This document shows positions 9,472 to 17,800 of a stretch of 61,874 nucleotides of DNA, piece after piece. Position 1 is the first letter of the stretch. Each line of letters opens with the position of its first letter. The stretch is taken from positions 1 to 61,874 of IMG/VR virus record IMGVR_UViG_3300025598_000044; one strand, 5' to 3'. The notes beneath the pieces were generated by a model. It did no database searches, was not told the origin of the DNA, and worked only from the letters and a program-made list of their open reading frames with translations. The position numbers and the translations under genes were made by a program. This DNA is from a virus (lineage: Duplodnaviria; Caudoviricetes).

Positions 9472-10191
9472 TCACCGCAAGAACGTTTCACGTGGAACAA
9501 ATCGAACCGCAGCTTTTTCACGATCTTCGTCTGCCGCCCGTTGCCATTCTTCGTCGTACATAGCTTTGAGCATCGGAGTACGAGATTCTGAACCGGGGAG
9601 CTTCAATGACAAGTAATAAGCAAGCCCAGCCACAAAAACGTTGTAGAACCGGAACGGAATATCCTGACCATTGACGCCAGTTCCAGCATCCTGCAAACGA
9701 CGTAGCCGTGTGTAATAGAACGTATACGTTGTAGAGTTATCCGGAGTCGGCCAAACCGTGATAGTTGGATAAGCTACCGTACCATCGGCATTTGTAGCGC
9801 CCGACAACCGATTGATCCAGACCTGAATTGGACGCCCATTGGCCGTCTTGTTTGGGATCATCAGGTAGGTCGAACTGGAAATACGCGTGATGTTGATGTC
9901 GATCTGCGTTGTCCCAGAGCCGGTACGGATCACATGATCCAGCAGATCTACCGTGTCGATTGGCAGGTTGTAAGTAGCCGTGTTGTAGACCAACGGGATC
10001 TGCCCCGTATCCAGCGTCCACAGGTTGATCCCACGATTGGCCCATTCGGACATCATGAGATTGATGCTGCGCGTCGCGGTCCGCAGATCGTAACCAGAAC
10101 GAAGTTCAGCCCCGCAACGCTCAAACGCCTCTTCTACGAGGTCATTGAGGTTCGGAGTGAAACTGTCTGTGCCGCTGAGTAAGGTGGTCAT
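9472..10191 (-). CDS. Head-tail adaptor / gatekeeper-like protein
   Basis: EEAFERCG..RSGYDL..A.RS.NL...EWANRGINLWT, GRPIQVW..VWPTPD, and P.RF...VAGLAYYL. Confidence 0.75.
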   Translation of the reverse strand: MTTLLSGTDSFTPNLNDLVEEAFERCGAELRSGYDLRTATRSINLMMSEWANRGINLWTLDTGQIPLVYNTATYNLPIDTVDLLDHVIRTGSGTTQIDINITRISSSTYLMIPNKTANGRPIQVWINRLSGATNADGTVAYPTITVWPTPDNSTTYTFYYTRLRRLQDAGTGVNGQDIPFRFYNVFVAGLAYYLSLKLPGSESRTPMLKAMYDEEWQRAADEDREKAAVRFVPRETFLR

Positions 10192-10197
10192 TACCTG

Positions 10198-10434
10198 TTA
10201 CCGATAACTGCGGACTTTGTTGGCAATGCCTTTCGGCTGTTTTACAAACTGCTTGCCCGAAGCCTTGCCTTTACGCTTGGCTGCGGTAGTCGCCGCATAT
10301 TCCGAATTACTCAACGCTTTGATTGCGGCTTCTGGCAAGTAACGTTCACCTGTCTTGCTTGACGGCTTCCCGCTCTTGGTGCGCCACTTCTGTTGCGTCC
10401 AGTCTTTCAGCGACTTCTGCGGTCCTTTAATCAC
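10198..10434 (-). CDS. DUF5872-like basic protein, C-terminal half
   Basis: QKSLKDWT.QKWRTKSGKP..GERYLP..GKQFVKQP. Start reassigned to the GTG at 10434 that overlaps the upstream stop. Confidence 0.65.
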   Translation of the reverse strand: MIKGPQKSLKDWTQQKWRTKSGKPSSKTGERYLPEAAIKALSNSEYAATTAAKRKGKASGKQFVKQPKGIANKVRSYR

Positions 10435-10717
10435 GGTACCCGCCACCTTTGGCTTTGTACTGTTTCGCCAGCAACTGCGCTTTACGCGCAGACCATTGCC
10501 CCGCTTTCGTACCCTGCGTTGCGCTTGCTTTGATCTTGTTGAACAAAGCTTTACGCATGGATGGCTTGGTATAGTTACCCGCCTTGTTGACGCCACCACC
10601 CTTCGCCATACCACCCGCGCAATAGACCTTCACGGGGACATGAGCATCCTTACGCTGTATCTTTTTAGATACTTTGTTCGGATTGATCGCGCCCATGCCC
10701 CGTGAAGGAAGCATCAC
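10427..10717 (-). CDS. DUF5872-like basic protein, N-terminal half
   Basis: NYTKP.MRK.LF..IK...GQWSARKAQLLAKQYKAKGGGY. Confidence 0.7.
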   Translation of the reverse strand: MMLPSRGMGAINPNKVSKKIQRKDAHVPVKVYCAGGMAKGGGVNKAGNYTKPSMRKALFNKIKASATQGTKAGQWSARKAQLLAKQYKAKGGGYRD

Positions 10718-10882
10718 TTACTTCCCGTGGAAGTGATGGAGGACATGCTCACGGATGTGTTTGTGGGTATGCACATGTCCGCCATGCTTGTGGTGATGCA
10801 CATGCGGAGTCATATGCTCCGGGTGATGCTTCGGCTCGTGATGCTTCGGGTGACCGTGATGACCCTTCTTTTCATGCTTCAT
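10718..10882 (-). CDS. 54-aa histidine-rich peptide (not in ORF track)
   Basis: AGGAG RBS, ATG at 10882 and TAA at 10718, abutting the next start; 22 of 54 residues are His. Confidence 0.8.
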   Translation of the reverse strand: MKHEKKGHHGHPKHHEPKHHPEHMTPHVHHHKHGGHVHTHKHIREHVLHHFHGK

Positions 10883-10906
10883 AATCAATCTCCTAAAAAT
10901 TAATAA

Positions 10907-11803
10907 TTAGACAACTTTGCAACGGGTGTGGCCCTTGGAGGCCATCCCGTCGGCGCGACGCGACGGGTGCGAGCCAACGTGACCACCGGAAGCCATCTTC
11001 ACCTGCTTGCCACGAGTATGGCCGCGCTCGGCCTTTTCATCAATACCCGCACGGACGCTACCACCCTTGGCATAGTGGTGGTGATGATGGATCTGATGGC
11101 CATGGCCATGGTGGGCGTGATGAGCGACATGACCGCCCTTCTTCATTCCCGGCTGCGGCATCGGGGACGCGCCTGACGCGCCCATCGGGGATCCACCCAT
11201 ACCGCCAAGAGCGCTAGCCAGACCGCCCGGAAGTCCCGGCATCGCCGGAGCAACACCACGCGACTTGCCGCCCTTTTTCATATGCTTGACGTGACCACCT
11301 TTCTTCATAGCGAAGCCTTTCTGCTTCGTTTCTTCCTTGGGAGCCTTCGCACGGGTAACCGAGCGACCCTTGCCCGTGCCCTTGCCCATACCAAAACCCT
11401 TCAGCTTGGTGTCGCCTTCTTCGCCCTTGCTGCTATGAGGAGCCTTACGGCCATGCCCCATGCCTTTGCCCATAGCGAAACCCTTCTTCGGGGTCTCGAC
11501 ACTGCCGCCGCGCTTGTAGCCCATAGCCTTATGCTCCGACTTTTCATGTTCCATAATGGCCTTCGGCGCGTGACCACGCTTCAGGGCTTTCATTTCTTCC
11601 TTGGCAATCGCCTTCGTTTCCTTGGCCTTGCCGTGGAGTTCATTTGCGTGTTTCATTTCGCCGCCTTGATTGAATTTTTTGCCCTTGTCGGCGTCGCTGA
11701 AGTGCTGACCGACCCTTTGTGGAATGCCCACTTTCTTCGCAAAGCCGGGGTTGTGTGCCACCGCCGCCATCAGTCGATGCTGCTTTGCGCTTGAACTTGG
11801 CAT
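10907..11803 (-). CDS. Lys/His/Gly-rich internal virion protein with repeated xKxGG/xAxGG motifs
   Basis: N-terminal MPSSSAKQHRLMAAVAHNP.FAKKVGIPQ.VG, C-terminal RADG.A.KGHTR, and seven hydrophobic-x-x-GG motifs. Confidence 0.75.
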   Translation of the reverse strand: MPSSSAKQHRLMAAVAHNPGFAKKVGIPQRVGQHFSDADKGKKFNQGGEMKHANELHGKAKETKAIAKEEMKALKRGHAPKAIMEHEKSEHKAMGYKRGGSVETPKKGFAMGKGMGHGRKAPHSSKGEEGDTKLKGFGMGKGTGKGRSVTRAKAPKEETKQKGFAMKKGGHVKHMKKGGKSRGVAPAMPGLPGGLASALGGMGGSPMGASGASPMPQPGMKKGGHVAHHAHHGHGHQIHHHHHYAKGGSVRAGIDEKAERGHTRGKQVKMASGGHVGSHPSRRADGMASKGHTRCKVV

Positions 11804-12119
11804 TCATCCGTCTCCAATACTCTTTTCGCCAATTACAGTTCTTACATAAAAGCTGATACAACTTGGGGTATTTTTTGACCAACCAAATCGTGCCGTTATG
11901 TTGCTTCCTGTGTTTTGTTCCACCGTCATCAATATGATCAAAGTCTAGTACAACCGGATCTCTTTCACCACAGTAAGTACATCGACCACCAAATTCACTA
12001 ATCAACTCCAGTCTAGCCTTGCGGACGCGCTCAGAGTTTTTTGCGTGAAGAAAATGTTTGTTCTTGAGGTAATACTTCCGTTTATACGCCCAGCTTTTGT
12101 CTTTACTTACCGCGCTCAT
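11640..12119 (-). CDS. Free-standing HNH endonuclease (zinc-binding)
   Basis: GGRCTYCGE..LDFDHI.DGG..YQLLCKNCN. AT-richer than flanks. Likely start is the ATG at 12119. Confidence 0.8.
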   Translation of the reverse strand: MSAVSKDKSWAYKRKYYLKNKHFLHAKNSERVRKARLELISEFGGRCTYCGERDPVVLDFDHIDDGGTKHRKQHNGTIWLVKKYPKLYQLLCKNCNWRKEYWRRMNAKFKRKAASTDGGGGTQPRLCEESGHSTKGRSALQRRRQGQKIQSRRRNETRK

Positions 12120-12303
12120 GGGGGACAGCCCTTCCCGTAAGCTTACGGACGGTTTCAGACTCCCAGATACGGATGGCATACCAGATGATTGAGAACAACG
12201 CAGCGATAGCAGGTAACCAATTGAACACAGCACCCACCGTAAAAGCCGCGAACATCCAATCAATGAAATGCTTAACGTCTTCGTGTTTGCCTAGCATTTC
12301 CAT
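12103..12303 (-). CDS. Small membrane protein (holin-like)
   Basis: Hydrophobic segment(s) WMFAAFTVGAVFNWLPAIAALFSIIWYAIRIWE with a basic tail. Confidence 0.6.
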   Translation of the reverse strand: MEMLGKHEDVKHFIDWMFAAFTVGAVFNWLPAIAALFSIIWYAIRIWESETVRKLTGRAVPHERGK

Positions 12304-12539
12304 GCCCTCAAAGACTTGTTGATGCGCGAATCCGGGTCGCTGGCCGTTTTCTTGCTGGTCAACTTCCGCTTCATACCCTTCATCCGGGCACAGAACGAGT
12401 CGCGTCTGGAACCACCTTCGGGCTGGGGGGCCTTGAGATGAGCGCCGTGAGCTTTGTTGTAAGAAGCCCTGCCTTTGGCATTCAAGCCGCCAGCAGGGTT
12501 CTTGCCTTCCTTACGCTGCCACGCAGGAGACTTAGCCAT
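12291..12539 (-). CDS. DUF6321-like small basic protein
   Basis: AWQRKEGKNP.GGLNAKGRASY..RR.SFCARM.G..SRINKSLR.WKC. Confidence 0.7.
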   Translation of the reverse strand: MAKSPAWQRKEGKNPAGGLNAKGRASYNKAHGAHLKAPQPEGGSRRDSFCARMKGMKRKLTSKKTASDPDSRINKSLRAWKC

Positions 12540-14824
12540 TACGACATCGCCTCCTGACAGATCACGTTCACGCCAATGTTCGGAGCTGTACCACCCGCCG
12601 CCACCGTGATCGCTACAGTCAGAATATCAGGGATGTTGCCTTTGATATTGGTCAGCAGGGGGAAGAAGTTGGACAGATCCAACTGCTGTAGACCCGAGCC
12701 ACCTGCCGGAGACGTAAACGCATAGACCGCTTCACCACCACTCATTGCCGTAGCTGACACGTCGCGTTCCGCGAATGAGTAGAGCGCGCCTTGTGTATTC
12801 AAGGCTTGGAAGCTCGCGCCATCCAGACCGACCTGCGCCGTTGGCGTACTCGCAATAAGTTCCACAATGCAGACTTGATCAGACGAAATAATAAGTGACT
12901 GCGGTAGCAACTGACCACGGTCGATCAAACCAACCGTAGAACCTGCAATGTTAGTTGGACCGTTAGGTAACGCGTTACCCGTCACTACGTCTTGGATAGT
13001 CAAGACGTTGTTCGTATTGCTACTGATACGAGCGGTATATTGAACGGTTACAGTTCCTAATGTAATTGTTCCTGTCGGGTTAATACCGTACCCAAGATTG
13101 ATTACAACGCTATTGCCTGATACAGAAACAACCGGATAAATCCCGTTAAAGTTGGTAGTGCCCGTCGTAGCGGAAAATCCAGTCAACGTCAATAGGTCAT
13201 TAACAACAAGATTGTGAGCAGCGCTAAAAGTTAATGTAAGTTCAGCGCCCGTAGCCGTCGTAAACGTACCTGCGGTCGAAGTGCTTGTGTTAGGAACACT
13301 GACCGTATAAGTGCCGTCACCGCCCGTTGTTCCGCTGACCTGTCCGGTAATGATATTAGTAGCGGAAGCAAACGTACCGCCGGTTATCGTACCGAGCGTC
13401 ATACCAATGTAGACGCCGCTTCCGCCTGTACCTGAAATAGTGGCAAGGTTGGACGACGCCGCAATGCTGCCCGTAAGACCTGACAACGAAGCGGCGGTTA
13501 CGCTAGACAATATACTTGAACCAGTAGCGCCCGGATAAGTGCTGTAAGACAACATTTTACCCGCGTAGTTTTGCAAAAACGTAACTGTTACGCCTGAATT
13601 AGTTGCGGTAAAAGGCAAAGATACGCCGATAATACCCCCCGTGACGGACGTGACAACCGTACCGGTTTGAATGCCCGTACCTGAAACCGTTTGACCTACA
13701 GCAACGGTTCCACTAGTTACCGTAGTAAAGGTCGTAATTCCGGCGGTAATATTTGATGTACCAGTGAACTGAAATGGGCTACCAGTAGTAACATATGTAG
13801 TAGTTGTACTGGTAGATCTGGCAATTGCAATAGCAGTGGACTGTCCCATCTGCCTCATGCGGAACGACATCACGGGGTAACGCACGGAGCCAGCCGGAAT
13901 GTTACGTCTGGGAGCAGACAAACTCATTCCGTAGGAGTACGTAAAGCCGCGCTGCCGGTCGATAGTGCCTTCGACAAGCACTGAGACGCCGAAATGACGA
14001 AATACTGTTTGGGCAGTAACATTTACATTGCGTTGTTCATAACGAACCGGGAGGTTACCCGTACGCGACCACGGAAGAGCCTGAGGAAGTCCTGTCGCCT
14101 GATTGATGCCGTTACCCGATCCATACTGATGAAGGATGTACGGTTCGCCATTGAGGATCACGCCCCAACGCAAGCAACCTGCGCCGTACCACGAGAACTC
14201 AAGCCAAACCATCTGGATTTTTGTCCAGTCAATAGTGCTCTTGATGCTCGGGTCGCCGTTCCAATTCTCATACGAAATTCGGGTATCAACCGGCATGGCG
14301 CCGTTGACACTTTGAGAATCAGATCGGATAACCACAAACATCCCCGAAGGATTGCTCGTAGTCGGACCCGCTTGCTCAAAGAAAATACCATTGCCGTCAT
14401 CAAAAATACCGACACGTTGAACCTGCCCCGCCAGAGGGCCACCGAAATTAACGTTCGATGCAACGTAAAGCGACTTTCCCGGCTGGTACCGGTGATACGG
14501 ACGCGACTGACGAACAGTAACGTCTCCATTGGAATATATCTGCATCTGGACGCCACCCAACCCCGGAAGGTGGGTGATCGTCGCTGTACCAGAAGTCGAG
14601 TACGTGAACTGCTCCCAACGCAACGGCTGGGTGCCGTATTCAAAGTCTGCGTCGTAAATGTTCTGGTGGATCGACATCTTCTGGCGACCGTTCGTGTCGC
14701 GGACCCGAGGATCCTGAACAACGAACGGTGCGCCATTGAGACCTTTCCAACCCAACGGCCCGCCTTTATTGGTCAGGCCGTTGTTGAACCCCGGTGTACC
14801 AGCATCATAAATATCAGTCATCAC
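12539..14824 (-). CDS. Virion surface protein (761 aa) with central Thr-rich inserted domains
   Basis: Lectin-like N-terminal region (RYQPGK, IFFEQ, W.EFSWYGAG.LRWG) and a Thr/Ser-rich middle; located in the capsid operon. Confidence 0.65.
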   Translation of the reverse strand: MMTDIYDAGTPGFNNGLTNKGGPLGWKGLNGAPFVVQDPRVRDTNGRQKMSIHQNIYDADFEYGTQPLRWEQFTYSTSGTATITHLPGLGGVQMQIYSNGDVTVRQSRPYHRYQPGKSLYVASNVNFGGPLAGQVQRVGIFDDGNGIFFEQAGPTTSNPSGMFVVIRSDSQSVNGAMPVDTRISYENWNGDPSIKSTIDWTKIQMVWLEFSWYGAGCLRWGVILNGEPYILHQYGSGNGINQATGLPQALPWSRTGNLPVRYEQRNVNVTAQTVFRHFGVSVLVEGTIDRQRGFTYSYGMSLSAPRRNIPAGSVRYPVMSFRMRQMGQSTAIAIARSTSTTTTYVTTGSPFQFTGTSNITAGITTFTTVTSGTVAVGQTVSGTGIQTGTVVTSVTGGIIGVSLPFTATNSGVTVTFLQNYAGKMLSYSTYPGATGSSILSSVTAASLSGLTGSIAASSNLATISGTGGSGVYIGMTLGTITGGTFASATNIITGQVSGTTGGDGTYTVSVPNTSTSTAGTFTTATGAELTLTFSAAHNLVVNDLLTLTGFSATTGTTNFNGIYPVVSVSGNSVVINLGYGINPTGTITLGTVTVQYTARISSNTNNVLTIQDVVTGNALPNGPTNIAGSTVGLIDRGQLLPQSLIISSDQVCIVELIASTPTAQVGLDGASFQALNTQGALYSFAERDVSATAMSGGEAVYAFTSPAGGSGLQQLDLSNFFPLLTNIKGNIPDILTVAITVAAGGTAPNIGVNVICQEAMS

Positions 14825-14850
14825 AATCTCCCGAGATTCAGTTCAGAAGA

Positions 14851-15789
14851 TTAATACGAAACCTGCAACGGGTTCGACGTGATATTCGGCGTCTGTGGGA
14901 AAGACGTACCGTCCGGGTTACGCACCGCGTACTCAATCGAAACCGTGGCAAGTCCCGTCGTAGCCGCTACCAGAGTCGTACCCGCCTGTGCGTAGACCGC
15001 CTGAACGATCTGGTCGGTCGGGGTATTCTGGCCCGCGCTGACGTTGTTGAGATACATAAGCGACGAAGCCGTCGGAAGAACGTCACTTGCCGTACCAGAA
15101 CCCGCAGCGTTGGTGCCAATGCTGTAGCGTCCAACAGGAATCGTCATAGTTGCCCCACCCGAACCGCCATTGACCACGCCTAGCACGTACGTACCCGTCG
15201 AGTTCAAAAGCTGAATCGTGATAGACGAAGTACCGCCAGACGCTGCGGTCGGATTGAACGCCGTAAGAACGTCAACAATGATGTCCTTGATATACGCGCC
15301 CGCCGGAAGAATCATCGGATTCATATTGGTCGGGCAAACCAACGGGCTGGAATTCGTTACGAGACCGTTGAAGAACTGAAAGCCCTGCGCCGTAACGGTG
15401 GTCGAAGTCGCCGCCGACAGCGTAACCGTCGAACCCGAAACCGAAGCCACAGTGGTGTTACCAACGATGCCGGGGCCAACAACCGTCATGCCCGAGAAGA
15501 TATTGGCGGCGGCAGCGGTCGTACCAACAAGGGTCATCGTCGTAGACGAAGCCGTCGTAGCAACCGCGTTAACGACGTTGCCCGGAATACCGAGAATCGT
15601 CGTCGTACCTGCCGTGGAAAAGTTGACCGCGCCGGGAGCTGTCTGGATACAGGTCGTAGCGCCCGTATTGCGATAGGAGCCGTTGGCGAAACCGACGCCA
15701 AGAGCCGTGGTAGCGACCGTCGTAGATGTCGCGGTGGAGTTTTTAACCGTGCCAAGGAGCCACGGACCAAGATGAGTAGCAAGTCCCAT
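14851..15789 (-). CDS. Minor capsid / decoration protein
   Basis: Directly downstream of the major capsid gene; ATHLGPW N-terminus and LPAGA.I.DI.VDV.TAF motif. Confidence 0.65.
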   Translation of the reverse strand: MGLATHLGPWLLGTVKNSTATSTTVATTALGVGFANGSYRNTGATTCIQTAPGAVNFSTAGTTTILGIPGNVVNAVATTASSTTMTLVGTTAAAANIFSGMTVVGPGIVGNTTVASVSGSTVTLSAATSTTVTAQGFQFFNGLVTNSSPLVCPTNMNPMILPAGAYIKDIIVDVLTAFNPTAASGGTSSITIQLLNSTGTYVLGVVNGGSGGATMTIPVGRYSIGTNAAGSGTASDVLPTASSLMYLNNVSAGQNTPTDQIVQAVYAQAGTTLVAATTGLATVSIEYAVRNPDGTSFPQTPNITSNPLQVSY

Positions 15790-15875
15790 GATACATTCCT
15801 TACCCCTTGCAGGGGGTCGTTAATCGTCGCCTTACGATCTCTGCAACGTCCGCTAGGTCGGTTCGTAAGACTCAA
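15790..15875 (-). promoter_or_regulatory. Candidate pseudoknotted 5' leader RNA
   Basis: CUUACGA/UCGUAAG stem; loop UUGCAG is complementary to CUGCAA next to the RBS. Confidence 0.5.
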
Positions 15876-15881
15876 AACCCT

Positions 15882-15908
15882 AGAAAGAAGGGGGCCGAAG
15901 CCCCCTCC
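15882..15908 (-). terminator. Intrinsic terminator after the major capsid gene
   Basis: AGGGGGC-UUCG-GCCCCCU followed by UCUUUCU. Confidence 0.85.
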
Positions 15909-15911
15909 ATA

Positions 15912-16814
15912 TTAGGCCACGCCGAACACGCCGAGCGGATCCGACCAACCGAACGAGTAACGCTCGCGGCTCTTGTACCGCACGTTGCCCGTGTCGAAGT
16001 CGCCATCCATGCTGTTCTGGAGGGCCACACGCTCGAACATCTTCAGGCCGTTCGGAACGTCCGTCAGGATGTAGTAGCCGTGGGTGTCAGTGAGGAAGTG
16101 GTTGACCTTGAACCCCTCGCTGATCGTGCCCATCGACTTGAGCGCGTTGATGTCGTTGTCCGTCGTACCAACACGGAGTTCCGTGTCGAGAAGACGCTTG
16201 GCAACGAACATCTGGCTCGGCGGAACCACCAGCTTGCGCGGCTTGGCAGCGATCAGCAGACCACGCTCGTCCGTCCAAGCGGCAATCTGAATCGTGATCG
16301 CTTCAAGCGACGTTTCGTTCAGGTCAGGGCTGGTCGAGAACGTGTTGCTGTTCGTGCCGCCGTTGACGAGCGGATGAGCCGTCGAGAAGAGCGGAACGCC
16401 ATCACCACCGTTGTAAGCGCTGTTGAAGCCGTTGTTGATGACCGACGCAGCCTTGTACTGCTTCGTGTACGCCATAGCGCGGGCAAGAGCCTTCGTATAG
16501 CGCTTCGACAGCGAGTCATACAGGTTGTCCTCAATCGCCTCTTCCGTGATGGAGAAGCCGAGGGCGATGGTCTCGTGGTTGTAACGAGCGGTCCAAGCTT
16601 CCTGCGCGTTGTCGTACGCAATCGCCTGACCTTCGTTCTTCACCGGAGCCGCATTGAAGCCCGAAAGCTTCGTCTCTTCTTCAAACGAACGTTCCGAAGT
16701 CTCGACCTCGAAAAGTTCCTTATGCTCCTCGCCGTAGGAAGCATACTCAAGACCGAACAGAGCGTTCAGGCCGGGGAGCAGTTCCTTAAGGAGCTGTGCG
16801 CGTGAAATTGCCAT
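15912..16814 (-). CDS. Major capsid protein
   Basis: MAISRAQLLKELLPGLNALFGLEY, GGDGVPLFSTAHP and RERYSFGWSDP motifs. Strong codon bias, strong RBS and a downstream terminator. Confidence 0.9.
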   Translation of the reverse strand: MAISRAQLLKELLPGLNALFGLEYASYGEEHKELFEVETSERSFEEETKLSGFNAAPVKNEGQAIAYDNAQEAWTARYNHETIALGFSITEEAIEDNLYDSLSKRYTKALARAMAYTKQYKAASVINNGFNSAYNGGDGVPLFSTAHPLVNGGTNSNTFSTSPDLNETSLEAITIQIAAWTDERGLLIAAKPRKLVVPPSQMFVAKRLLDTELRVGTTDNDINALKSMGTISEGFKVNHFLTDTHGYYILTDVPNGLKMFERVALQNSMDGDFDTGNVRYKSRERYSFGWSDPLGVFGVA

Positions 16815-16827
16815 TTTTAATTACTCC

Positions 16828-17784
16828 TTACTTACCGGTAACGAGATTGTAAGCCTGATAACCGAAGTTCCAGCCAACAATCACTTCCGGATAACCGACA
16901 AACGCAATGGTCGTGCCAGACGGTGCCGAACACGTAATACCAGACACCGAGCTAAGCGTAGTAGCCGGGGTGCTGATCGTAACGCTCGTACCGTTAACCG
17001 AGGTAACCACCGCAAACTGTCCCGGCAGAGCGCCGGTATAGCCCGTGATGATCGCCTGCATTCCCGGCTGAATGCCGGTTGCGCTAGACACAGTAACAAC
17101 GCCCGAAGAGATCGTGCTAGCCGTGGTCGTAACAACGGTAACCGCCGTATCCGGAACAAGCTGGATAACACGGAACGGAGCCGTCGCCAACTGACGCATG
17201 TTGCCAGCCGTATACGCGCCGTTCAGCGGGTTACCGCCAGTAACGCCCATCGAAGAGTCACCAGTCGCCGTGGAACCGCCCGCGCCCGAAACCGGAACAA
17301 CGTTGGTACCGACAAACGCCGGAGACATGTAGCCGATGGTATTCGTCGTGATGTCGGCAATGGTAAACGCCGAAGAGCTTGCAACCGCCGCCTGCTGAAG
17401 AACAGCGACACGGAAGTACGCTTTTTCGTCGTCAACAACGTAACCAACCGCGTCCTGCGCATTGGTCGAAGCGGGCCAGTATTGAAAACGGTTTTTGCCG
17501 TAGATCGGACCCTGCGGAACGCCAACCGAGCTAGACGTAGTGTATTCCGCGCCAACAAACACACCGAGACCGGCGGCAGTGGCGGCGGCGGTAACGCCGT
17601 TATACAAGCTGGACGAAGGAGCAACCAGTGCACCCGAGGCATAACCCACGAGGTCACCATTGAAAATATTGCTGCTGTAACCCGTGGAAATCGGGAACAT
17701 ACGGGTCGAACCCGAGTAGACCCGACCACCAGCAAGGTTTACGGGCTTGAACCCGTAAGGTGCTGAGAGAGTAGGATAAGCCAT
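16828..17784 (-). CDS. Capsid cement/decoration protein with inserted beta-domain
   Basis: APYGFKPVNL.GG..., IF.GD.V, GVFVGAEY and G...TGDS motifs; directly upstream of the major capsid gene. Confidence 0.7.
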   Translation of the reverse strand: MAYPTLSAPYGFKPVNLAGGRVYSGSTRMFPISTGYSSNIFNGDLVGYASGALVAPSSSLYNGVTAAATAAGLGVFVGAEYTTSSSVGVPQGPIYGKNRFQYWPASTNAQDAVGYVVDDEKAYFRVAVLQQAAVASSSAFTIADITTNTIGYMSPAFVGTNVVPVSGAGGSTATGDSSMGVTGGNPLNGAYTAGNMRQLATAPFRVIQLVPDTAVTVVTTTASTISSGVVTVSSATGIQPGMQAIITGYTGALPGQFAVVTSVNGTSVTISTPATTLSSVSGITCSAPSGTTIAFVGYPEVIVGWNFGYQAYNLVTGK

Positions 17785-17800
17785 TAGAGACTCCTAAAAG

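Noticed and set aside
15807-16805. 332-aa plus-strand ORF opposite the capsid gene (likewise 20835-22139, 28464-29798, 29946-31094, 38544-39899, 49281-50456)
   Set aside because: These are antisense shadows of strongly codon-biased genes, with no recognisable motifs.
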